Origin: the human T2T-CHM13v2.0 reference genome, Homo sapiens
Strand: one strand, 5' to 3'
Assembly (NCBI RefSeq): GCF_009914755.1
Contig: NC_060931.1
Length of the DNA stretch: 64,000 bases
Shown here: piece after piece, positions 19,130 to 32,731 of the stretch
How positions within the stretch are numbered: the stretch's first letter is position 1
Layout of the letters: each line of letters begins with the position of its first letter
Translations under genes and position numbers: made by a program
Notes under the pieces: generated by a model
The model's database searches: none
What the model was told of the DNA's origin: nothing
Seen by the model: the letters and a program-made list of their open reading frames with translations, nothing else

Positions 19130-19980
19130 GCCTAGGATGTCAGATTGTGGAGTTCTGATTTTGTTTGGAAGCAAATAAAAAAAAAAGAAAATAAGAAGCA
19201 GAACATTGTGTTTTAGGAAGATTAATCTGGTAGCTGATTAATCTGGTAGTAGATTAAGCTGGTAGTGTGTATAAAGAATAGTATGGTATAAAGAATAGTA
19301 TGGTATAAAGTATAAAGAATAGTAGATTAAGCTGGTAGTGTGTATAAAGAATAAGTATAGGGAAAAATCGAGGGCAGGCACAGGTAGATCGATCAGAAGA
19401 TTCTTGGCCACAAGTGACAAGAGCCTGACAAACAGAGGTATGCTGAAGATTCAGAGGAATAACTATAGAAGGGAAAATAATGGAATCAAGAGGATGTAGC
19501 AATCACTGGGTTATGTGGATAGAGTAGGGAAGAAGATAAGAGAGGTTTTCAGCCCAAGAGGATGGTCATGCTGGAGCCAGAATGGGGAACTCTGGAAGAG
19601 GAGGAGGTAGGTGGCAGAGGTTTAGGAGGAAGAAGATGAGTTTGGTTTTAAGACATGTTGAGTTTGAGGTCTTGGCAGGACATCCAAGGGGAGACGTGGG
19701 CAGTTGTTAGATGTTTGGCAATTGGGTATAGAGCCAGGATTACATGTCTGAGTTCTGCATGATCACAGTGAATGGAGAAGGTGAGAATGGATAGACCTGC
19801 CAAAGGATAGTGCAGAGAGAAAAAAAGGGCCCAGTGCATGACTGAGGGCAACAGTAAGAAACAAAACAAGCAGCCAGAGAGATAGGACACCTAGAAGACA
19901 GAAGCATCAAGGAAGAAAGGATCTCACTAAGGGGTTGGCGCTCAGTGGTAAATACCATAGAACAATCTAGTAGGACTTCT
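19130..19980 (-). mobile_element. L2 remnant containing a complex micro-duplication at 19220-19353
   Basis: gatgagtttggttttaagacatgttgagtttgagg...catccaag is characteristic of antisense L2. Confidence 0.65.
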
Positions 19981-20422
19981 AACTATCATTTAGTTGAAAG
20001 ATAAAGTCTAAGGACAACATCTTAGGAGCAAAGGACTTCTTCACAAGAAATGTAATGGTGAGCAGATTGGTCAGGAAGTGGAGAGAAGCAGTTATAATGA
20101 AGAACAGAGTGGCAACTCTGGCATTTTCAAGGTTTGAGCTTATGGAAAGTATGCTTTGAATGGGGAAATATGCATCTGTGGGAGGACAGTGGGAATAAAA
20201 TAGAATGATCAGACGTACAGGAAAGTGGACATTCATAGAACAGGGCTCAGGAGAGAAAGGTTAAGGGCACATACCTGTGGTTAATGTCAGCTGCCTCTGG
20301 CCATTTCCCCTAAGCCATGTTTTCATTCCTTTTACCTTCTAGGTCACATGACCATAAGGTTTTTTAAATATTATTTTTATTTATTATAATTTAACATTTT
20401 ATGCTGTCACCTGTACTGATAA

Positions 20423-21592
<1,170 letters not shown>

Positions 21593-21725
21593 CTTTAGAG
21601 TATGGTAACTAAAAAATAAATAGATGAATAAGGCAAATGCCATTCTTGACCCACAGCTGGCCCAGGATTCAAGCTACTCAGGATAGGATATATGTAGCTT
21701 GGCCTGTGCTCTTGGAGAACCTTGA

Positions 21726-22094
<369 letters not shown>

Positions 22095-25000
22095 TCTTTT
22101 TCTTTAAAGTAAAGTTAGTGAGGTGAAGGACTCTTGCTAAGAGTTTCTCAGCCCAGAGGTTTTTTTTATTCATGCTCTTTGGTTCTTAAGTCTTAATATT
22201 CCTGACACTAGCTGGTTTTTCCTCCTCATCCTACTGTAGGCTAAGTATACTAATCTCTAGACATTTGGAATTCACTTGCCTCAGGAGGAGGAGCTCAGAG
22301 CAATTTTATTTGAGTGAAAGCTCAAAAAAGGCAATAGTTTAGAAGTACACTCCACACATCTCAGAACCATTTTGTTCAAATAAAACAGCTTGGTCTAGAA
22401 AAAGTCACTCTAAATTTATGCAAGTAAGTAGCTTTTACATTTGGCTGCCAGGTGTGTGCCAGAATACCTCATGGAAGTGGAGACTTGCAAGATCCATAGG
22501 GGTATTTCCTGTGGCTTTCTCTTCACCTTGTAGCAAATCTCTAGCAACCTGGACAGTAGATTCAAATTTTTCTCTTTATCAATTAACATGGAATAAAAAA
22601 GACCAAGAATAGGAACCTTTGGTGCCAAAAATCAAAAGGGAGGAAAATATGTTTTATTTGATTTAAAGATAAAGTCCTATTGCTTTAAAATAAGTCAGAA
22701 GAAATAAAAGTTGAGGTTCTCATAGAAACCAACTCCTCCTCCTTGCTCAGACGTAGCATTTGTGCCTGTTAGATGCTGTCTGCACAGTGCCACTGTGTTA
22801 CATAAAAGCTTGAGCCATGTAGGAGCTTTCTTGTCATTCAGAACACTGCAGCTCTAGCTTTTGACCTCAGATACTTTGTTTTCTGTGAATTTGTTAATGA
22901 AGGTATGAGGTTGTTGTTTTGGTATGGATAATAAAGAGAAACCCAGGAAAAAAAAAAAATTTTTGAAAGGCACAGGTCTCTCCCATGCCCAGTTGTTCTT
23001 TCTGCTAGTAGCTGATGGTGACATTATTGCAGCTGCTGCTTATAGCAATCCCCAAAAATGAACATGGGCATTGGGAAGCGGACAGCCTGCGATCTCCAGT
23101 CCCCTTCCCAAACACACCTCCAGAGACAGCCTGGTGAGGTGGGTTACAGCCTGCTCTTGGGATGCCACAGAAAGGGAAAGGCCTCGTTAATCAGTGAGAG
23201 GGTTTTTTTTTTCTCCCCTTAAAAATCATTGTTTTCAGATCTTGCTTTGCAATGGGGAGAATTATAAAAGGTTATTCCCATGCTGGCCTGATTGTTATCT
23301 TCTGTACCAGCTCCATCTAAAAATGCTTTTTTCCCATTTGGGAGAGATTGTGTGGTGTCTAAAGCTAACAATAAATCAAATTCAGTGAAGCTGGTTTTGT
23401 ACATTGCCTGGCTAGACTGAGAGCAAGATATTCAGTATAAGGCCTCTAAGTCATCCCTTCCTTGCCTCTTCCACTGGCTGTGGTCAATGATTGAGCATTT
23501 AACCACACACTCACCTTTAAGTCCTGAGAATAAGTAGTACTAGAATTCCTCATCAATACTCCACAGGTTAACTCATATGCATCCAGAACTCTTGGAAAAG
23601 CAGGTTGTTGTAACAGGTTTGGTGTATCTGTTATTGCTAGATTTTCTCCTCTCTGGCATTCATGTAGCAAACTGAATTATTGAGCATCTTCTGTTTGCCA
23701 GATACCGGGGATGTAGAGAGAAGTGGCATATCCCTTACCTCAAATGACTGTAGAAGAGGGATCTACCATTAACAGACGAACAACTATTATGACTTGTATC
23801 AGAAACTTAAGGCATGTTTAACAGCCAAGCACCGCACTTCCTGTCTGTAGATGCTTCTCTTCTCTTCCCCTTCCTTTCTTCAAAGAGAGCTGCAGTTTCC
23901 ATTGCATTGTGAAGACTTGGTTTTCTTGTTCCAATTCCAAATTAACTTCAGTGCCTGGTCTTTCAACAAATGCATCAAACATTACAAAATCCGAACAACC
24001 TAATAAAAGTCTATCCTAAAAAATTGGAGCTGTGACTAAAAACAGCTTCAGTCTCAGCTTCTGCCCAGTTCTGACTCCCCTGACTACAATTAGGTATTTG
24101 ATCCCTTTAATTAGGATCCCTTCATTCTTCTTTTATCCCTTTATTCTGATCATTGAAAGAGCTTTAGCAGTGACATGTTCCAAAATTGGTCCACAAGATC
24201 CTACCTCCCCTGAGGTAACAAAGTAGGAGTTTAGAGAACAAGGGAGAGAATAAAGAATTTGAGAGAATGCAAAATCTTTGTTTTACTTCTAAACCTTTTA
24301 GTACAAACTGTAGCCTCATATCATGAAGAACGAACTCTTGGGAACCAACTGGTCTGCCATTTCCCTTTTTCTTTGGGCCATTTTAGGAATGTGGAAATAT
24401 ACGCCCTAAGTGAGATGGTGTGCAGTTTTCAATAGTGAACTGATTCATTGACATCGTTTGCAACCTGAGCCATCCAAATTCTTTCTACTTTAAAGCTTAT
24501 GAGCAAGAAGTACAAGTTTTTGGTGTATGAGCTATTACAGGTCTGAGAAGCAATGGCATGAACTGATTTGGCTTTGTATGTTATTTAAGTGATAACTACA
24601 TTCCTTAAAATTAGGCAGATGGTCTGTCTGACTCTACCTTTCATGTTGATGGTTAAAAGTTCTTGATTTTGTTCTTGATACTTAAGGAGGGAATACCTGT
24701 CTATATATTGTTGGCGCTGAAGAATTTTTGAAATCGGCCTGGACAAACTTAAAAGTGTTGCTTTTCTCAGCCTTTATACGGAGTTTAAGTATCTTACAGT
24801 CTATGTGTAGTGGGGCTTTTTACAATTTTGTTTTGTTTTTTGGTGGGAAGAAGGGTGGTATGGGAAAGTATAGAAATGGAACTAATTGAGTCTAGGGGTA
24901 AAAAACTGCTGGGAGCCTGTGGATTATAAATCGAGTAGCTGCAGCAGCAGGTACTCAGGCAGAGGTATGGGAGTGCAGTCAGTGGGACAGGAAGCTTGTT

Positions 25001-26970
25001 TTGGTGTTCTGTGTCTTGTCCTTGACAATGACTCCAGGGGACCAAGTGCAGTCTATAGAAAGGAGAGGTGTCCATAGTTTCCTATCTGGAAAACTTTTAC
25101 AGCATTCCTGCCTGGGGTCTTAAAGACTAGAAAGGAAGATGAAAACTAGATGAGATACTCTTGCCTCCTGTTCCTCTCCCCACTGTCCACCCCCTACATC
25201 TGCACTGAGCACCCCTTTATCTGCTAGCTAGGTATGTGGCTAGGGAGATAAACCCTGTTTTGTTGTGAAAGTTCCATCAAAACTGCCATTTTGTCTCCCC
25301 CATCGTTTGATCAACAAAAATTGTGTTGAAATTTCAGGGAGCATTATTTAAAGCAGAGGTATTGAATATTCAATATTCAATAATATTGAATATTATTAAT
25401 TTGCCTAAATATATAAAATGAAATCACAATTCACTGGCCTGGGCTCCTCACTGTAAGCAGAGGAGTGGACTTAGTGACCATCTTTCAGCTTTAAGACTGA
25501 ATAACATTTTCCCTTCCATTGGGAAACTTATTTATATCCCAGTAGTCATCCCCACACTAAGTTTTTCCGATATGGCGTCCAGATTTTATTTCCCCTAATA
25601 ATTACACCCCCTGTTTTCAGGCTAGGCATTCTCCCTCCTTTCTTGTGTTTACACCTTTCAAATATTTGCAGATTGTTATCCTGTCACCCTCTTAGTCACC
25701 GCTTAGCTGAGCTGTACAAATTTAGCACCTTTTATCTTCCCTTTAAAGGCAGGTCTCCACGCCCCTGAGTCATTTTCCCCTGCTCTCTTTAAGTGTGCTC
25801 CAGTTTTCTGCATTTCCATGTGGCCACATAACTTTCCTAGAATTGAACATAGGTCATGAGTGAGAATTGTTTTCCTCCTTTGGCATGTCAGAAGCTAAAC
25901 ATTTCTGCTATGCTCCAGCCTCAGGTCTCTCTGACATAGCTGGTCAGTGTTGACCACTTCAACTCTGTAGTTAAACCACGTTCTCTAAATGTGCCAATTT
26001 AAAGACCAGTGGGGTAAAAGGGTGTAGCTATGCTATACTTTGTTTAATCCTTGAAGTGTTATATAACCATGGGAAAGTGGGATGTATGTAGTTATGGATT
26101 CTGTTGGCCCCTTTCCTGGTATTTGCATAAAACACCTCTGTTCTCCAGGTGTGTCAGACTAAACCTCATCTCAGCTCTGCGCCCTGACAGTTCATCAACC
26201 ATCTCTTTCTCTGTGTGTTTACGTTTTTCAGAACTATTTTTCACTAATATTCATTCAACATTTATTGAGCGTCTCCAATGCCACTGTGTGCTACATAGTA
26301 TGTTAAGTGCTGGAAAGATTAAAATCTGAATATGACACAGTGCCTGCCCTAAGATGCACTGTTTTTGTTATAGTTTTAGTTTTAGTTTGGTTGAAAGTAC
26401 CAGATCCTCACAGATTGGCTTACAGTGTCAGTGAGGGGAGAGAGCAGAGGAATATCCATGAAAATCTAATAGGAGCCTAGGTAGGGTCAGGTGTCACAGA
26501 TCCTGGAACCTGAGGTGATTCTGAGTCTGAGACTGCTCCAGGGACCTCACTGTAGATCTCCAGTGTTAATGTCAGTTCGTCCCCTCTGCTTATTGCCTCC
26601 TTCCTCTGGCTCCTGCGGGGATTGTGTTTTAAACACTGCTCAGTTCAAATTCCAGAAGGAGACTCTTATTGGTTCACCTGGCATCTGCCATTTCTATTTG
26701 AATAGAGCTGTTTTTCCTATTGCTGGCCTGACTGCACATTTGCTACCCTTGAAGCTGCTACAGCACCACTCCCTCCCTCTCTGCCATTCCCCACCTTCTG
26801 CACTGACTTCCCATTCCCAGCTTGTGGTGTGCGGAGAGAACAGAGGTCATGTGCTAAAAAGCATAGCTGCCCGAGGCTGTCTCCTTAGTGAGGGATGTGT
26901 CCTGTTAAGCCCCGTGATTGAGTTGTCCACTACATTCTGCCAATAGCTTCCTAGCCATACATGCACTTCT

Positions 26971-27232
26971 AGCCCGGGCTAGAGTGCAGTGGTACAATCT
27001 CAGCTCACTGCAACCTCCACTTCTGGAATTCAAGTGGTTCTCCTGCCTCAGCCTCCTGAGTAGCTGGCCCTACAGGCGCACACCACCACACCCTGCCAAT
27101 TTTTGTATTTTTAGTAGAGGCGGGGTTTCACCATCTTGGCCAGGCTGGTCTCAAACTCCTGACCTCAAGTGATCCGCCTGCCTTGGCCTCCCAGAGTGCT
27201 GGGATTACAGGCTTCAGCCACTGTGCCCGGCC
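26971..27232 (-). mobile_element. AluS (Sx/Sz-like) lacking the poly(A) tail and the last ~20 nt
   Basis: Alu homology from gcccgggctagagtgcagtgg to tgcccggcc, with no T tract. Confidence 0.85.
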
Positions 27233-30200
27233 ATGTACTATTTCTTAACATTATGCAACATATAGGCCAAATGGCAAATCCAGTCACCAATAACATACCT
27301 TTTACAATAGTAGAGTAAAATAATCTTTCCTAGCTGGTAACTAACTTCATGAGCACAAAGTGTTTTCATCATTGAATCCTCATCTTCCACAACAATCCTC
27401 ATCTTCCTGGCCCAGAGTAGACATTGACAAGCATTAGTTCAATGGAGAGTAGAGGTCTGCTAGATGAGCTGGTGGATTTTTCAGTGTACCCCGTGGACAG
27501 AAGGCAGGTTCTGCATGCCTCCTGTGCCACTGTGATGTCTGATGCAGTAGTGAGAACACAGCGGGCATGCAGTAGACACCGTTGACTAATCCTTCAAACT
27601 GTTTTTTGTTTCCACTTGAGTTTTGTCTCCTTCAGCTAATGCCTGGTCTCTTAGTGGTGGAATAAGTGCCACTGGGAAGCTGTCACATACTTCCAGCTAA
27701 GGCCAATTTGTCACACTTCCCTTAGCTCCCACTGCCCAATAAAGGAAAAAGTGAACACATTCTGAGTCCTGAGACTTAGTTATCATAAAACTCGAAAAAG
27801 AGTGTAAAATACTCAGAGCGATACATAAGTTTCACATAGCCATCAATAGAATCTCTTACAGAGCCCATTGTCTTGTCATTAACAAGAATGTGTACTTCTT
27901 GTTCCAAAGCTGACTGACCAGAGTATTTGTGTTAATTGACCTAGTTAGTCAATGTCTCTAAATGTATAATTTTTTTAATAGAATGATTGCTCCATAGCCC
28001 AGCATTTTGTTGGATATTTATACTCCATGAGTCAAGGCTTGGGTGAGGAATCTCAAAAGGGTATAACCAAAATGGTAAGATTTTGTGTCCAGAGAAGGCC
28101 TTGCATATCCTTCATTTTATAGACAGATGAGGCCTGGATAAGTTTAATATTCTATCAGTGGCAGAGCAGAACCCAGAATCATGATGTGCTGATGGCTAGC
28201 AATGAATTTTCTCTTCCTAAACTATACAGAGTCAGGCAGAAACCTCTTTTTACTTGATTTTATTTCCTTTTGTTTTGTTTTGTTTTGTTTTGTTTCAAAT
28301 AGCCATGGCCAACCATTCATATCCCAGAAAGTCTAGAAAAGGTATGAAAAATAATGAGTTTTTGCTTATAGGCAGATGGACCTGTAGAGTTTGAAAGAGG
28401 TCAGGAGCAGCAGCCACATGGAGCAGGAGGTGGGGCAGGCATTTGTCTTACCTGCCTCTCCTGTGCCTGCCCTTGTGGAAGTCAGCTGAGTCCCCCCATG
28501 GGGGATCTGTCTTTGTTCTGGCACACCCCATGATAGAGAAGGAAAATGCTCAGGAATTTTTGGGATTTTTTTTTAAGTGTAGTGTTTTGTCTTCTTTTGT
28601 GTTTATTAAAACAAAATAGTTTGTTTCTTAAAGGCTTGTGTCAGAGGTAAGCTTGGCACTTCTCTTGCACCTGTGGCATTTGAGGCACAGCTGAGTTAAT
28701 ATATCTTTATCAGCAGGCAGCACTGCACTGGTATGTTATCAGAAAAGACAGCTATTGGTGGTAACATGCAGGATCCAGCCAGGCACTTTCTCAACTGGCT
28801 GGGGAGAACTTCTGCAGCTCCAGTGATATCTCACTTCATATTTACAGTCTGAGGCCCTGTGTGGCTTGGGAGCGCTCCATTGCTGCCTGTCAGCCTGCCC
28901 AGCTGAGCATCAGCAGCCTTGGGTTTGCTTTCTTAGAACCCAACTTTCTTTCCCTTCATCTGTTTTCTTTAACTTTTATTTTTAACGTCCATTTTATTGC
29001 ATCACCAGCCCAGCAGTGCAGGCATTGCTTGAGGAAAGGTGCAGCATGGATTAGGTTGACTTGCTCCCTGAGCTCTTGGGAGAGGAGGGCACAGCATAAT
29101 AACTCTGCTCGCTGCCAGCATGTGGCTTCATCTGGCTTTCAGCAGCAACGACAACTGACTTTTTGGCTCAGAATGTTACCATTTGTGTGGTCTCCTCTCT
29201 ACCAGTGGACAGCATATTTTTTGCTCTGTTCCTTGGTCCCTTAGTACACAAAAGCAAGTCTAGAAACTGGATAAACCCTCAGTTGGAGCACTTTTTTAAC
29301 TCTGCAAGAAAGCCATCAGGACCTGCCCCGTCCTTCCATCCTTCTGTCTTTACACCTCAGTCAATACCAGTGTTTTTCAAACTGGGTATTTGTCCCACTA
29401 GAGGTTTTAAATCAATTCAGTGTCATAGCCGTTTTGTTTTTTTCCTTAATGAAATGGTGAACAGAAGAGAGACTGTCAGTATAACATATACTGACATATA
29501 TAACTAACATATATAGTCAAGATTAACCATTGTTTTGTGGAAACGTAATAATTGCTAAGCTGGCCTCCAATAAAAATAACCCCCCAAATAAATAAATGAA
29601 TACATAAATACTGCTCTGCAAAAGGTAATATCAAGATGGCAGAGAAGGAAACCTCAGGAAATGGTCTTCCTGCCTAAATAATTGCACTGGCAGAATCTGC
29701 CTGATGTGACTGTTTTGAGACTCTGGAATCTATTGAAGGCTTCTTACTTCCATTGGTTGTCTACAGGTGTTTGTACCCATATGTAAGTGTGTATGTTGGT
29801 CACAGTAAGAATAAAAAGTTTGAAAAACGCCCATCTACAGTATCTTCTATCTGTAGATGTAGCTCGGCTCGGCAAATTTCTAATACTCAGACATTCAGAT
29901 ATCATAAAGCCTGTCCTGCTCTCCTGGCCCTGACTTTGTACCTTAGTCTGGGAATAGATTCTGCCTCTGCCTGATGGGAATGGATGTGAATGGATGTTTA
30001 CTTATTTCCACTTGAAAAAGGGCACAGAAGCACCCTACTTCGGCTTCCTACTCTTGTCGTGCTAGGGCTTAACTGCTGGGAAGTGGACTAGCAACGTAAC
30101 AAAGGCCCTTCTTTGCCTTTGTGTCTACATGGAGTGACTGGGATTTGGTTTTCACAGGCCCAGAGGACTATCTCATGAAAAATGTTTTGAATATATTTCT

Positions 30201-31789
30201 GCTTGATTTGTTTAACACCCTGGCCCACTGAGCCATCATGTTTTCTCAATTTAATCACTTGGTGGTCTCCAGGATTCAGGGGAGCAACTGCAATCTCTGA
30301 AGCTTCACCAACCTGGTGAGATTTCAGAATACCAAGAGAGTGACAAAGGAGTAGAGTGGTACTCAGTAAGTGAAGCTCGGAAATCTTTTATGCCCTCATA
30401 GTGAAAATTCAACCCCTTAGTTCCTGCTGCCCAGTGCAGTACCCTAGCTACATCCCAGTTCTAGTCCCCAGTTCATAGCAGCCCCACCCAACAGCACCCC
30501 AGTCCTGTCCTGCCCAAATGGCTGCTAAGAGTCAGAAACAAACTGAACACTTGTTTTAGCATTATGCCTGTTTCTGCAACAATGCTTTTTCTGTGGTTAT
30601 GTGGCAAGATTGTTCAATGGAATTGTTTATTTTTCTCTCTGATGATTTTGTTCTTGCTTAGTTTGCAGATATAAAAAGAAAAGTGTTTTTGGCTATTGAT
30701 GTAAAAAACATGGGCCATCTTTCATTCCATTTTTCTCTAGCCTCATCTCTCCCTGTAGGGTTAATCTCAGGCTCCTTGGCTCATGAGTTTATTGCTGTCT
30801 TTTACAAAAATACGTTCCACCCCTCCCTTGCAGGCCGGCACTGAAGTGCCAGGAATGAGGCAGCCCTGGTGATCTTCTTTGCCATGTGACACTTGGGTGG
30901 GGCCTTCATCTGTCCCATCTTTTCAAGGGTGGCAGAATGGTCCTTGCTGTCACCTCAAGCTGCTGTCCTGTGGCAGTCTTTCTCCTGGCCTAGCATTTTA
31001 TTTGATGTGGTGTATTCCATTTGTAAGGCCTTGGGGCTCAGAGAGAAAGCTCCGTTCTTTATCTTCTGAAAGCCCAATATATAGCCTATTCCCTTTTTTC
31101 TGAGCTTTGTCACCTTGAATCAATGCCCTGGCCAGAAACATGAGCAGCACCTAGCTTTATTCATACACAGAGATGTACCTTCTATCCTAGCAACAGTGGG
31201 ACCTTGTCTCCACCAAGCAGGTGTTTGCCATCACCGAGACACCCTGCTTCTGCTGCTCCTATGCCAGATCTCTTGTACGTTCCCTTGAGGCTGTTCGTAA
31301 ATAAAAGGTAGCACCTCTTAGTTCTGCCTTACTGCAGCAGGAGAGACCACCAGTGATTCAGAGACACACATACTCCATGCATCCTCCCCCAGATCTTCAT
31401 CATTTTCGTTTCCTATGTCTCTAGCCCAGTTCCACTTTTTGTGGAATTATGTCTGTAATTATATAGCGTCATAATTATAGCTACAGTGTGAATTTTTTTG
31501 AAATATTTGTAAGTCTCAGATATCAAAATGTAGCATATTTCATGGTCTGTCACAGATGACCACTGTTAGTGGTAAATATACTTGCAAAACTAACGGGTTG
31601 ACTCAAAGAAAGAAAAGGCAGTCTCACTTGGTTAGTGAGCACTTTGTACAGAATCCTGTGGTTGGATACAAAAAAAGAGTATGAAGGATAGGATTCTGTC
31701 TTCAGGGACAGGTTGGTTGTGGGGGTCAAAGAGGATTTTGAGGTTTTGAGCATGGGAATTGCTAAGAGTGATAATGATGATACAGATAA

Positions 31790-32005
31790 TATTAATAATA
31801 GGATATAGTAAACGTCTCCATGTGGCAGGCATCGTTCTAAATAATCTCTCCTAGTTCACACAGCAACCTTAAGAAGCGGATATATTATAATATCTGTTTT
31901 ATAAGTAGGAAAACTGAGACTTTCTGAGTAATTTGGCTAAGGTCACACAGCTAATAAGTGATAGAGCTGGGATGTGAAACTGGGTTTCTTTGGCTCCAGG
32001 CACCT
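31790..32005 (-). mobile_element. MIR SINE
   Basis: ttttataagtaggaaaactgagac...ctaaggtcacacagctaataagtgatagagctgggat. Confidence 0.75.
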
Positions 32006-32621
32006 AATATTTCATCAGTATTCTGAGGTGTTTTGCTTTTTTTTCTGTCTCTCATTCTGAATGAAAAGCCGATGATACTATTGTCCAGAATACACCCAGA
32101 GTTGAGAGGGGAGGCTTATTTGAAGAGAAAAGTGACACTGAATTAACACTTTTGAATTTGGTGTAAAAGTCAGACAGCAAGGAGAAAATGTCCAGGAGTC
32201 AGTGAGAATGGCACTTAGGAGGCAGAATGGCTGGGATATCAGTAGGTGAGGGAGCCATTTCTGTAAGAGATGGCTCAAGCTGCGAGACTATGGGACCGTC
32301 AGTTGGAGCAGTGCAGGATGAGGAGTTCCTGCTCATCTTACTTGGAAGGCTCCTTTCGCCATGTGCTCTTGATAATTCCCAGATGCTGTGGCTGAGAGCT
32401 CCTATCCATTGGTGCTGCTGTGATAGTGTTGGTTTTTTCCACCTGGAGAGAACTAAACCCCTCCTCCACTTCTCCCATTACCTCTGTCTTCGTCTCAGAT
32501 AGAATGGATGGAAGTTAGATGTAACGCCTGCTTCACTGGAGGTGTCAGGGGACCGTCCTTATTGGACAGCAAGCCTAGTGGGCACCTTTTCATCACAGAT
32601 TCTACTTTTCTCCTGACACAG

Positions 32622-32731
32622 GCATTGAATGCCCCAGAGGAGCCCGAAACCTCCCAGGCTTGGTGCAGGAAGGAGAGCCCTTCAGCGAGGAAGCTACACT
32701 TTTCACCAAGGAACTGGTGCTGCAGCGAGAG
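32622..32731 (+). CDS. SND1: Internal coding exon of SND1 (staphylococcal nuclease and tudor domain containing 1), recalled as exon 16, SN4 domain region; phase 1 start, phase 0 end
   Basis: Acceptor ctacttttctcctgacacAG (AG at 32620-32621) and donor GAG|GTagga (GT at 32732). The 110 nt translate as (G)[36 protein letters not shown], which I recognise as SND1 (...LLAGIECPRG...LQREVEVEV...). Part of it appears in track ORF 32660..32851. Confidence 0.96.

Noticed and set aside
29365-29835. Possible Charlie-type element containing an old L1 5' fragment (tcaagatggcaga...)
   Set aside because: Resemblance only. I could not fix the family or boundaries without an HMM search.
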